From: Polyangia bacterium
GTDB taxonomy: Bacteria; Myxococcota_A; Polyangia; JAAYKL01
Reading direction: 5' to 3'
Assembly (NCBI GenBank): GCA_050287845.1
Contig: JBNKCR010000049.1
Location: forward strand, 1-46,103
Length of the DNA: 46,103 bases
A program made the position numbers and the translations under genes. Under the pieces are notes generated by a model. It did not search any database and was not told where the DNA came from. It was given only the letters and a program-made list of their open reading frames with translations. This document shows positions 10,497 to 19,643 of this stretch, piece by piece (the stretch's first letter is position 1; the number at the start of each line of letters is the position of its first letter).

Positions 10497-11173
10497 TGGT
10501 TTCCTCCCGTCTTCTTCTCCCGTTTTGCCCCGTACTTCTTTTTCCAGGCTGCTTTTTGTCTGGCTTTCCCCCTGTTCTTTTTCTTTGCGCTTTTGTTTTC
10601 TTCATCCCCTCCGGTTTCTTTCACTGACGTTTCCGCCACTTCCTCATCTTTGGGGGGCGCCTCTGCCGTTCCTGTTTCGGTCTCATCGGTTTTCTGTGTG
10701 CTGTATCTCGGCGGTTTCAGCTCCCGTTTACCCAGCACCGGCTCCACTATTCGCGTCCGATAACTCCGGCGATAGGGTACGAGGCCGGGAAGACGACGCG
10801 GGGTTCGCTGAAACAGGTACACGGCGCCGGATTTTGCAGCCTGCCCCTTCACCAGTCGTTCATCAAATTCCATGCGTCCGGACCGCTGAAACCCAAGACT
10901 CTCGCCGGCTTCTTCTTCCGCGCCATCGGCGTCCCCGTCTTTTTCTTCGGTTTCACCTTCGCCATCCTCTGTTTCAGCCGATTGTTTCTCGCCGGATTCA
11001 TTCTCTGTTTTATCGGCATCGCCAGTATGTCCGTTCTCTGTTTTATCGGTCGCCGCATCCGTGGTGGTTGCCGCCGGTTCGTTGCCATTTTTCTGGGCCA
11101 TCACCTCTGGCGCACCCGCAAAAATCGCAACGGCGAAAAGAACAGCTATCCAGATATTGCTTTGATATTTCAT
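10493..11173 (-). CDS. Secreted GltF/CglF-like protein with acidic N-terminal and basic C-terminal extensions
   Basis: Signal peptide; short core 'RMEFDERLVKGQAAKSGAVYLFQR...LVPYRRSYRTRI'; located directly upstream of the GltG-like gene, as gltF is. Confidence 0.65.
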   Translation of the reverse strand: MKYQSNIWIAVLFAVAIFAGAPEVMAQKNGNEPAATTTDAATDKTENGHTGDADKTENESGEKQSAETEDGEGETEEKDGDADGAEEEAGESLGFQRSGRMEFDERLVKGQAAKSGAVYLFQRTPRRLPGLVPYRRSYRTRIVEPVLGKRELKPPRYSTQKTDETETGTAEAPPKDEEVAETSVKETGGDEENKSAKKKNRGKARQKAAWKKKYGAKREKKTGGNQ

Positions 11174-11175
11174 TG

Positions 11176-11649
11176 CTACTCCTTTTCAACCACAAGGCGA
11201 AATCGGAACACTCCCGCATGGGCTGCGCTTCTCATCAGCAGATGCAGCGTCCGATAGGGCAACTCCTGGTCGGCCTGAATCACGACAATGTCTTCTTCGT
11301 CTTTATCGCGTTTGTGCAATTTCCACGCGGCTTCCACGGCTGAAACCACAGCATCGATTTTCCCTTTTTTAAAATCCGAATCTTTCACCGCGCCGTTTTT
11401 CTGCAGTTTGTAGACGCGCTTTCCTTCCACCAGAACTTCATCTTTGGAGACCGCCAGGTTCACACCGGTTTTAAACGGATTCTTCACAGTGCTCACCGGC
11501 AAATCGAGTCCGGCATGCAACACGAAATCCATATCTTCTGCCTGAAAACTCACCATCAGAAACACCAGAATAATAGTGAACATATCCAGAAGGGATGTGA
11601 GCTGGAGCGCCATTCGCTTCTTTTTACCGCGTTTGCTCAAAGATAACAT
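11176..11649 (-). CDS. ExbD/TolR family motor subunit (AglS-like)
   Basis: 'LQLTSLLDMFTIILVFLM' TM with the conserved Asp; C-terminal 'VVIQADQELPYRTL..LMRSAAHAG'. Confidence 0.9.
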   Translation of the reverse strand: MLSLSKRGKKKRMALQLTSLLDMFTIILVFLMVSFQAEDMDFVLHAGLDLPVSTVKNPFKTGVNLAVSKDEVLVEGKRVYKLQKNGAVKDSDFKKGKIDAVVSAVEAAWKLHKRDKDEEDIVVIQADQELPYRTLHLLMRSAAHAGVFRFRLVVEKE

Positions 11650-11660
11650 TCAGCTGTCCT

Positions 11661-12191
11661 CTACACTTTCTTCGAAAGCACCACCACCGGAAACAGTGGC
11701 TCCGATATTTCTCTGTTCTTCTGTTTGAATCGGCGTTCACGGGACGTATCGAGTATCTGAACAATGTCCCGATACGGAATGTCATCGGCCGGCAGCACAA
11801 TCACCGTATCGCTCTTACGATATCGCTTTTTAATTTCCACCAGCGCGCGGGTCAGCATATCCAAATCGAAGCTTCCATTTTTTCTGTATATTTCCAGAGT
11901 CAGTTCGGACAGCGTGTCCTCGTCAATGGTGGCGCTGGATGCGGTGAGTCGAATTTTCTGTTTTTCTACCAGCAGGTTCACCGTCACCGACACATCGTCG
12001 GCCGCCGTGTCCGAGACGCCTTCAGTCTGGGAAGGCAGCGACGTGGGAATCACGCTCACATGGTAGAACGCCGCTGCCAGCAGTAGAAATGGAATCAGCG
12101 TCACAAACAGATTCATTACCGGAATCAGATTCACGTCCGCCGCTTCCCGTGCGCTCTGAAATCGACTGAACAGTTTTTCGCCGCCGCTCAT
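11661..12191 (-). CDS. ExbD/TolR family motor subunit (AglQ-position), Asn at the canonical Asp site
   Basis: 'VNLIPVMNLFVTLIPFLL' TM; 'VIVLPADDIPYRDIVQILDTSR...LFPVVVL'; ATGA overlap with the ExbB-like gene. Confidence 0.88.
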   Translation of the reverse strand: MSGGEKLFSRFQSAREAADVNLIPVMNLFVTLIPFLLLAAAFYHVSVIPTSLPSQTEGVSDTAADDVSVTVNLLVEKQKIRLTASSATIDEDTLSELTLEIYRKNGSFDLDMLTRALVEIKKRYRKSDTVIVLPADDIPYRDIVQILDTSRERRFKQKNREISEPLFPVVVLSKKV

Positions 12192-12859
12192 TTGCTGCCG
12201 TCTCCGCTTCCCGATTGCATCGCTGACGGTCGAATGTCTTTAATCCGCACCGCCAACGCGCCCAGAAGACCAGATGCTCCTTCTTCCATCTGCACCATAA
12301 TCTTGTCCACACGGTCAGAAACAATCTGATGTGAAAACAGAATCGGCACCGCCACAATCAACCCGAATGCGGTGGTATACATGGCCATTGAAATGCCTTC
12401 GGCCAACACCTGCTGTCTGGCAGAAGCGCTGGCTGCGCTCACACCGGAAAACGCGGTAATCAACCCGAAGATGGTGCCCAGCAATCCAAGCAGGGTGGCA
12501 CTGTTGCCGAGCAGCGACAGAAAGCCGATGCCTCGCTGCAGTTTAGGCATTGCCCGCAGCATCTCTTCTTCCATGGCCCGCTCAATCTCTTTTTCTCTCC
12601 GGTTCGATTTGGCAATACCCGCTTTCAGAATGGTGGGCAGGGGGTGTCTGGTCTGCACATTGCAAGCCTCCATCGCTGTTTTGTAGTCCTGATTGTCAAT
12701 CATCGCTTTGATGTTCACCATGAATCGGGGAACATTGAAGCGGGATCGCAAGTACAGATTGATCACCCGCTCCAGGGTTATCGCCGTTGCAATGATTGAC
12801 ACCGACAGAATCACCCACATCATCCATCCACCTCTGTTTAAAAGTTCAATAACTACCAT
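12188..12859 (-). CDS. MotA/TolQ/ExbB proton channel protein (AglR-like)
   Basis: 'GGWMMWVI', 'GNSATLLGLLGTIFGLITAF', 'LAEGISMAMYTTAFGLIVAVP'; RBS AAGGAG 9 nt before the ATG at 12859. Confidence 0.92.
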   Translation of the reverse strand: MVVIELLNRGGWMMWVILSVSIIATAITLERVINLYLRSRFNVPRFMVNIKAMIDNQDYKTAMEACNVQTRHPLPTILKAGIAKSNRREKEIERAMEEEMLRAMPKLQRGIGFLSLLGNSATLLGLLGTIFGLITAFSGVSAASASARQQVLAEGISMAMYTTAFGLIVAVPILFSHQIVSDRVDKIMVQMEEGASGLLGALAVRIKDIRPSAMQSGSGDGSK

Positions 12860-12937
12860 TTTCAACTACTCCTTCTCGAAACCAGTATCCAATATCGCAC
12901 TTCCACCGACTGTGGTGAAAACGCGAATGATTCCTTC

Positions 12938-12953
12938 TGCAACGTCGAAGCCC
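12938..12953 (-). promoter_or_regulatory. Possible internal sigma-54 promoter upstream of the motor genes
   Basis: Minus strand GGGCTTCGACGTTGCA = GG-N10-GC with a perfect TTGCA -12 box but imperfect -24 box, inside the intergenic gap. Confidence 0.3.
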
Positions 12954-12970
12954 GCAATTGACGGTAATTG

Positions 12971-13468
12971 CTATTTTGCAATCATCAGAAATCTGGCGGT
13001 CATATCCGAGTATACCTCCAGAAGATGTTCCCCTTCCTGCATCACATGCAGATTGAAGGTCAGTACTCTGTCGTCTCCGGCTTCGTCTATCAAATCAACA
13101 TCTATGAGTTGTGCTTTGCCAAAATTTCTATCCAGGGAACAATCCGACTCGTACAGCTGAACCAGCATTTCGGTTCCCCCGGAAAGCGCATCACCAATAA
13201 AAATGCGTACCTCAACATCCACGTCATTCCGGTCCGTTTCCACCACGACCCGGCGCACGCCGGGGAACTGGCCATCCACATAGTGGTCCGAATCCAGGAC
13301 ACAACCGGTGGCCAGACTGCAGTGCCAGTATGCCTCATCGCAGATGGAATACAGTCTATCCTGAACGAATTCCTCTTCCGCCGTAAGACAGGACACGATG
13401 GACAGCATCACCACCAACAGCACCGACACCCGCAATGAAACCCTTCCAGTTAATCTCATCCTGTGCAC
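12971..13468 (-). CDS. Hypothetical lipoprotein (Cys-containing N-terminus, beta-rich)
   Basis: Lipobox 'IVSC'; co-oriented and tightly packed within the operon; start may be the ATG at 13459. Confidence 0.7.
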   Translation of the reverse strand: MHRMRLTGRVSLRVSVLLVVMLSIVSCLTAEEEFVQDRLYSICDEAYWHCSLATGCVLDSDHYVDGQFPGVRRVVVETDRNDVDVEVRIFIGDALSGGTEMLVQLYESDCSLDRNFGKAQLIDVDLIDEAGDDRVLTFNLHVMQEGEHLLEVYSDMTARFLMIAK

Positions 13469-13484
13469 CCCGTTAAAGTCGTGT

Positions 13485-15443
13485 TCATAACCCCACCGTC
13501 ATAAAATCTTCATCCCCCAGTTCCAGCATGGCGCCTCTGGGCGATCGACCACCCGCCACGGTGTACACCACCGGGATATGGGCCACGCGAAACAGGCCCG
13601 GCAACATCAAATCACCCGCCGGTGCCTGAGAAAAATAAATGTACACATTGTTCAGGCCATTCGTGTTATTGGCGCCCCGGGTTTCTACCAGCTGAATATT
13701 CCGAACCGTAAATTTAACACAATGTCGCTGGGCGGTCTGAATCAACAGATAATCATCCATCCGTTGCTGAGGCAGAAAGGTCGGGGTGACATACACTCGC
13801 ACCCAGCGTTCCATCCCCTGCAACTCGGTTGCGCTGTCTCCCGAAATCACCACGTAGCCATCAGAATCCATCACCACCCCTTCACCCGTATCCGGGTCCG
13901 GGGGATCGTAGGAGCTGGCGTACAGCGTGAATTCGCCGCCCGAGGCCACGTTCACCATCGGACCGATAATCTCATCCTGCGGGTCCTGCCAGGCAAGTCT
14001 GGGGGGATTGGGCGTAAAGCGCAGGGTCGCCACACCTCCGTTGGTATGTGCGCCGGTTTCCAGAATTTCCACGCCGAGTACCCGCCCGGGCTGGGCCACC
14101 ACATACTGATTCTGAACGCCCAGATCCTCTTCGTCGTATCGGTACCCGGTACCCAGATGGGAAGCAAAGTCATTGGATCGGGGATCGGTATGATTCTTGA
14201 GTTCCACACCATTTTCCACTCCATCCCAGTCCGCATCATCTCCGTAATCGTAGTAGAGATAATCGGTTCCGGCCACCAGTTCCATCCAGTCCGTCATTCC
14301 ATCTCCATCGGAATCGGTCAGTGAATAATCGGTCCCCACCAGCAACTCTTCACAGTCGTTGAGGCGGTCCTTGTCCAGGTCGTGGAACGGCGGTCCTTCC
14401 ACCGATGCGCAGACATCCGGTTTGGCATCCGGCACGGTTGGATCGGTGAGCGTAATCTTTTCGACAAAGTCGCCCACCCCATCCCGATCGGTGTCGCCGT
14501 GAAACAATGACGTACCCAGCTTTTTTTCCACCGAATCCGACAATCCATCCCCATCACTGTCCAAAACAGCACCGTCACTGCCAGGCAATGCATTCACATT
14601 GGAAACCACAATCTTTTTTGCCTGGTACAGCGCGCCCAGTTTCAGCAGGCCGATGTGATCCAGGGTAATGGCATCCGCATTGTTGAACCGCTCGTAGGTG
14701 CCATTCCCCGCGAACGCCATCTCCCGCAGCAGTGTTTCTGTCTGCCCCGGTGAATCCTGGGGCGCCAGCTGCATGGTGTGAAAACTGAACGACGACGCAT
14801 CCTCTTCCACAGCTTCTTTCAATTCATTAACTGCGCCCTGCAGCGAAGTGATGGTTTCTCCCCAGTCTCCGTCCACCAGCGGCGCCGGTTCGCCTCCGGT
14901 CATGAACACCACCACATACTGGGTTCGATTGCGTTCCCCGGCATTCATCTCCGCAAGGTCTCCTTCAATCAGAGACCGGGCCATGAACAGGGAATCCTCA
15001 TAATTGCGGCACAGTTCATTGACGCACGACTGGGGTAACGTGAGTGTGGACACCGCGGCGGAAAGTTCGCCGGTATTCCGGGTAAAATATCCATCCTGTG
15101 GGGCGTACAACCTGGGAATGGGGCCCATCCCAATCACGGCAAAAGAAAACGCGGCGTTCCCTTCGTGGATGGAAAGGGTCTCGTTGATTTCGCGCAGGCG
15201 AATCTGCTCCGTATCATATGAGCTGAACATGGGGCCGATGGCCTGGTCCACAATCAGAATCACCCGCACCGGAAATCCGGCGCCCTGGGGATCATCGGTG
15301 CACACCTGACCGGTGATGGCCAGTCTGTCCGCCGCCGGATCGAGATTGCCCCGACCATACAGTTTGGCATCTGTACAGTGAACAGAGAATGCAAGGCTGG
15401 CGCAAAGCAACCCGATTATCCATGTGGTCCGTCGTATTTTCAT
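13485..15443 (-). CDS. VWA-like lipoprotein with DxDxDG calcium-binding repeats (Mts family, MtsB-like); degenerate MIDAS
   Basis: 'SVHCTDA' lipoprotein start; 'GQVCT...FPVRVILIVDQAIG'; 'DSDGDGLSD', 'DTDRDGVGD', 'DSDGDGMTD'; clearly paralogous to 19640-21568 and 21568-23412. Confidence 0.8.
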   Translation of the reverse strand: MKIRRTTWIIGLLCASLAFSVHCTDAKLYGRGNLDPAADRLAITGQVCTDDPQGAGFPVRVILIVDQAIGPMFSSYDTEQIRLREINETLSIHEGNAAFSFAVIGMGPIPRLYAPQDGYFTRNTGELSAAVSTLTLPQSCVNELCRNYEDSLFMARSLIEGDLAEMNAGERNRTQYVVVFMTGGEPAPLVDGDWGETITSLQGAVNELKEAVEEDASSFSFHTMQLAPQDSPGQTETLLREMAFAGNGTYERFNNADAITLDHIGLLKLGALYQAKKIVVSNVNALPGSDGAVLDSDGDGLSDSVEKKLGTSLFHGDTDRDGVGDFVEKITLTDPTVPDAKPDVCASVEGPPFHDLDKDRLNDCEELLVGTDYSLTDSDGDGMTDWMELVAGTDYLYYDYGDDADWDGVENGVELKNHTDPRSNDFASHLGTGYRYDEEDLGVQNQYVVAQPGRVLGVEILETGAHTNGGVATLRFTPNPPRLAWQDPQDEIIGPMVNVASGGEFTLYASSYDPPDPDTGEGVVMDSDGYVVISGDSATELQGMERWVRVYVTPTFLPQQRMDDYLLIQTAQRHCVKFTVRNIQLVETRGANNTNGLNNVYIYFSQAPAGDLMLPGLFRVAHIPVVYTVAGGRSPRGAMLELGDEDFMTVGL

Positions 15444-15483
15444 AAACTTCAACACAGTCCGTTCAGCTCTGTATAAAACGCTA

Positions 15484-15984
15484 TCAGTCCACGCGATCCA
15501 GTTTGGCACTGAATCCGCCGTTCAAGTTCATTCTCTTTCCATCGGTTCCAGTGAACACCGCCTCAAAGTCGCCACTCACGCCGCTCCCGTCCATTGCGCC
15601 GAATGAACCCAGGTGGACGACACCCGACTCCAGCGCGGGCAGCGGCATCGAGTCAAACCCGACGCCCCGACCGATGCTTCCTTCCGTTTTCAAAGGATAA
15701 TCTGTCCCGGAAGACAACATCAGCTCCGGATGATCAATAGTGATTCGCAGGGGAATTTTCTCTCCTGAATCACTTTTCTTCACATATTCAATTGACAATG
15801 CACTGTCGGGATACAGCCGGATGCGAACGCTGTCAAAATTCATGTTGTACGCGCTGGTAATACTGCCTTCCAGATAGTTCTCATCGTCATCCTTACAGCT
15901 GGTTACAAGCGCCATCACCAGAAACAATACCGCCATTGCAAGGGTTAATGCAGTGAACCGGTCAAATATTGTGCTGCTTTTCAT
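15484..15984 (-). CDS. Small beta-rich lipoprotein of the Mts-like cluster (possibly MtsA-like)
   Basis: Lipobox 'VTSC' followed by KDDDE; ATGA overlap at 15981-15984; C-terminal 'VSGDFEAVF...LNGGFSAKL'. Confidence 0.7.
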   Translation of the reverse strand: MKSSTIFDRFTALTLAMAVLFLVMALVTSCKDDDENYLEGSITSAYNMNFDSVRIRLYPDSALSIEYVKKSDSGEKIPLRITIDHPELMLSSGTDYPLKTEGSIGRGVGFDSMPLPALESGVVHLGSFGAMDGSGVSGDFEAVFTGTDGKRMNLNGGFSAKLDRVD

Positions 15985-17414
15985 TGCGCTTCGATCTCCT
16001 TTTCGGCCACCAACAACCTGAAATAGAACTGGTCCCCGTCGGTCTCGGTGCATCGATACACCACATGGGCCACGCCGGTGGAGTCCACCACCACACTGGT
16101 GTATTCCCCGCAGCTGCCATACTCCGCCTCATTGATGACCTCGGTTTTCCAGACGCCGTTTTCATTGATGGCGAGCATAGCGGCTTCATCATTCTGATCG
16201 CAGGAATCCGATGTGGAAGAGTTCAGTCGACACCGGTGATAGGCCAGCACTTCTTTACCCCGCGGGGTGAACGCCAGCGACACAAACTGTCCTTCGTCGT
16301 AAATGGCACTGGTGGCAATCTCGGTGGTCCATGCCGATGTATTTGCAAACTGGTCAAGATCCGCCAGACGACGAACCCGGATACCGTTGTCTGTCGCCGA
16401 ATAGAATGCAGCCACCAGTTCGCCGGTCACCGGATTGAATCCCGCAGCGATTTCCTTATGAAACGCGCCACTGTGCAGTTGCACCCGCTCGTCCCACGTA
16501 CCATCCGGCGCCCGCCTGGCCGCCCAGATGCCTTTTCGGGAATCCTGCTGGGTCTCCACCGGTATGCCGTAGAACGCTATGGGAACATCTCCATCAAACA
16601 CCAGCGTGTTGTACTCACCAGCGCCTTCATTGGCATCAATGTACTCGTGAATCCAGCTGCCGCCCCGGCGCCAGGCGAATTCGGCATCGGCTTTGCGGTC
16701 ATCAATGGATTGCTGGGAACCGAAATGCGCATCCTTGTGAACAATGGCCGGGTCCCCCGACGCGCTGAACGCCAGTGCGGGCCACAACCCCACCACCATG
16801 CCTTCATCGCTGCCCACCAGTCCCGACTGGGAATCACCACTCAATGTGGACGCCGCGTCAAACTGCCACTGTCCCTGGGTACGGGTGGCCAGCACCGCAT
16901 CGTTTCCACCGCACCAGTACCGGCTATCCGGCTCTCCCCCCGTGTAGGCTATGGCCGGGTCCCCCGATGGAGAAAAGGCCAGACTCAGACCGGTTGCCTC
17001 AAAGGCAATGGCCGGATCATCCACTTCTTCCACCGTCCATGCAACAGCGCCTTTCGCTTTGGTACCCAGATAAAATCGCTGACGCAACAGGGCTGCCGGT
17101 CCCGCATCGAGCTCTTCGCAGGTGCCATCCTGAAAATAGCTGTTGGCATACCACACCATTCCCAGCATATCATTCGGTCCCAGGGCCATACGCGCCTGAA
17201 TACCGAAGCTTTCATCCTGTACCATCTCGATGGACCACTTCGGCATCGCGGCCCCGGTCCCGGTATCCGAATCCGTGGGAGTGCCCAGTCCGGTATCGGG
17301 TTTGTCCGGTCCCGCCTCGCCCTCATCCTTGCAACCGCAGATGCCAGCGACAGCCATTAACAGGACACAACCGGACATCCCGCTCAACGTCTGCCATTTC
17401 TTCAGGTGATTCAT
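15981..17414 (-). CDS. Lipoprotein with beta-propeller-like repeats
   Basis: Lipobox 'ICGC' + KDEG; repeated 'SLAFSPSGDPAIAY', 'ALAFSASGDPAIVH', 'SLAFTPRGKEVLAY', 'SVVVDSTGVAHVVY' with 'W..E.V' turns; RBS GGAGG before the ATG at 17414. Confidence 0.75.
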   Translation of the reverse strand: MNHLKKWQTLSGMSGCVLLMAVAGICGCKDEGEAGPDKPDTGLGTPTDSDTGTGAAMPKWSIEMVQDESFGIQARMALGPNDMLGMVWYANSYFQDGTCEELDAGPAALLRQRFYLGTKAKGAVAWTVEEVDDPAIAFEATGLSLAFSPSGDPAIAYTGGEPDSRYWCGGNDAVLATRTQGQWQFDAASTLSGDSQSGLVGSDEGMVVGLWPALAFSASGDPAIVHKDAHFGSQQSIDDRKADAEFAWRRGGSWIHEYIDANEGAGEYNTLVFDGDVPIAFYGIPVETQQDSRKGIWAARRAPDGTWDERVQLHSGAFHKEIAAGFNPVTGELVAAFYSATDNGIRVRRLADLDQFANTSAWTTEIATSAIYDEGQFVSLAFTPRGKEVLAYHRCRLNSSTSDSCDQNDEAAMLAINENGVWKTEVINEAEYGSCGEYTSVVVDSTGVAHVVYRCTETDGDQFYFRLLVAEKEIEAQ

Positions 17415-17453
17415 CAATTCAACCTCCACTCGCATGATGTCATTGACCATTGC

Positions 17454-19643
17454 CTACGGCGCATCGCATTCTCCGTTCGACGCCGTCACACAGGGCTTCT
17501 GACAACCGGCGGCCACTTTTTCCACACAGAAACGGTACCGCTGATCTCCGCTCCAATCCCAGATACCGCCATCCGTATTCTGTTCATTTACAAAAATGGT
17601 GTCTCTGACAGAAATAAAATACCAGAACGGATCACCCACATGACCATCAAAGGCGTAGAAGCATTTCTCGGCATTCACGCCACCGAATGACCCGGATATG
17701 GCTGACTGATTCGCGGCTTCAGAAACACTGGCCAGGTTATCGTACCAGGATGCCCCCTGCTGAAAAATCTGCACATACGTATCCACCGGTCCAGCGCCAA
17801 TATCGTACACAATGCGCACCATGCAGTCTTCCCCGGGACAGGGATGGGCATAGGCATACCAGTCCTCATCATACGTGTACGACAGATACCCCTCAATCCA
17901 GTCGTTCTCCCCGCAGCAACCCGGAATCAGTGACGGTGCTGTAATATCGTTACCAGTGTCGTTCTGTGCATCCGTTGACGTGTCAGTCTCTGTCGCAGCA
18001 TCCTCGGAAGTGTCCGTGGATACCGATGTTGACGTGTCGGAATCGGTGTCGCCACCTCCCGAGGTCGTCTGCGTACAGTCATGCACCGGCACCTCTCTGG
18101 CCGCTGCCATATGATTGGATATATCATCGTCTTCCGATGGCGGCCTCGTGGAGTATGCACCGGTCACCTCATTGCGATCGAGGTCGTTCATCACCCGGCT
18201 GCGCAACGTGTACGGAACAGATACCGAATAGGACTCACCGGATCGGTCTGAAACCGCAATGTAAAAATCTCCGGTGGCGGACCAGTTCTGCAGAGGTGCG
18301 GCGAAATGAACGGTGCCCCGGGCGTTTTCTTCAGCCGTGAATATCGCCCAGTGAGCTGCGCAGTTTCCGGTGGGGAGACAGATGCCGGCGCCACCGCATA
18401 CCCCCTGCGACAGACACGAATTTCCAAAATAGCCGCAACTCAGATCGTTGCCGCATTGTACCGGCAACAGCTGGCAATCCTGATCTATTTCACAGGTGGC
18501 GCCTGCCACTTCGCGCACCAGACTGACCGACGACAGAAATCCCGCAGGCAGCGCTTCCGGCGCATTGAATGCCAGGTCCACTTCCACCACCGACCGATCG
18601 CAGCTTGAGGCCTGCACGCGATACCAGTCCACATCTCCTTTGGAGGCAATATATCCGGCTGCTGTCATCCAATCGCTCCATGCTGCGCCACAGGTTGCCG
18701 TACCCAGTGCGGTGGCTGTCTCGGAATGGTCGTTGTTCTCATTCACATCCGGATCCGCCACCACGGACACCTGAAGAGTGTAGGGTACCGCTGCATCGTG
18801 TCCCTCCGTCTCCTTCGCCAAAATCACCACATACCACGCCTCTGCGGAGTCAATGGCCAGGTCGTAGACAATATCCGTTGCCGTCTTTGTCCCCGTTTCG
18901 TTCTCCCCCGAAGCCAGCACTTCACCGTTGGCGTTGAGTATTCGAAACGCCGGCGCCACACCTGAAACCGGCATCACCAGATGCACCTGCAGAATCCCCC
19001 GTGCGTTACCGGCCACCCAGTACCAGTCCTCATCTCCGTCATAGGAAATGTATCCCGTCATCGCACCCGCCGTCACCGCTTTCGCACTGGCCTGTGAATT
19101 GTTCGGTTCCTGCACATCCTTTTCGGCCGCAGTCAGAATCTGCAGCTGATAGGGATGAGACACATCCTGGGCATCGCTGCCACTGTCTCGAATCTGCAGA
19201 TAATAGGCACCGGGCGACAGATAAAACGTGATTGAAAGTTGCGACTCTCCCACCACCGCCTGAGTCGCATCCAACGATGCCACCACCGAAGTCGCCGTGC
19301 TGTCCCAGATATAGTACACCAGATTCAGGGGCGTCACATCGGCGAGACCCAGGGTTATCGTGACCAGGTTCTGACCCGCCGGAATCTGAAATCCATACCA
19401 GTCTTCATCCGCAAGGGGACACATATGCCCTGTAATTTCGCTTCCCGCTGCCACGGCCTCCGCATGGGCCCGATCATCGTTGTCGTCCCATGGACAGGCG
19501 CTTTCGGTGCCGCTGTCCGTTTCCGGCGTGGCGGCGGTTTCATCGTCCTTGCAGCCACCGCTGAACAACACCATCGCCGCCGCTGCCCACAGTGTCAGCA
19601 ATCTCCATGGGGACGGATTATTTCTTTTCTGAAAATCACTCAT
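17454..19643 (-). CDS. Cys-rich lipoprotein with PPC-like repeats (MtsF-like)
   Basis: Lipobox 'SGGC' + KDDE; repeated 'D..EPNN...A', 'GYISYDGDEDWY', 'GYIASKGDVDWY', 'GYLSYTYDEDWY'; Cys-rich inserts; ATGA overlap at 19640-19643. Confidence 0.75.
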   Translation of the reverse strand: MSDFQKRNNPSPWRLLTLWAAAAMVLFSGGCKDDETAATPETDSGTESACPWDDNDDRAHAEAVAAGSEITGHMCPLADEDWYGFQIPAGQNLVTITLGLADVTPLNLVYYIWDSTATSVVASLDATQAVVGESQLSITFYLSPGAYYLQIRDSGSDAQDVSHPYQLQILTAAEKDVQEPNNSQASAKAVTAGAMTGYISYDGDEDWYWVAGNARGILQVHLVMPVSGVAPAFRILNANGEVLASGENETGTKTATDIVYDLAIDSAEAWYVVILAKETEGHDAAVPYTLQVSVVADPDVNENNDHSETATALGTATCGAAWSDWMTAAGYIASKGDVDWYRVQASSCDRSVVEVDLAFNAPEALPAGFLSSVSLVREVAGATCEIDQDCQLLPVQCGNDLSCGYFGNSCLSQGVCGGAGICLPTGNCAAHWAIFTAEENARGTVHFAAPLQNWSATGDFYIAVSDRSGESYSVSVPYTLRSRVMNDLDRNEVTGAYSTRPPSEDDDISNHMAAAREVPVHDCTQTTSGGGDTDSDTSTSVSTDTSEDAATETDTSTDAQNDTGNDITAPSLIPGCCGENDWIEGYLSYTYDEDWYAYAHPCPGEDCMVRIVYDIGAGPVDTYVQIFQQGASWYDNLASVSEAANQSAISGSFGGVNAEKCFYAFDGHVGDPFWYFISVRDTIFVNEQNTDGGIWDWSGDQRYRFCVEKVAAGCQKPCVTASNGECDAP

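Noticed and set aside
11176..12859. Ordinary TonB-ExbBD iron uptake or Tol-Pal system
   Set aside because: No TonB-dependent receptor, tolB or pal nearby; two ExbD-like genes plus Glt-like neighbours fit the Agl/Glt family.
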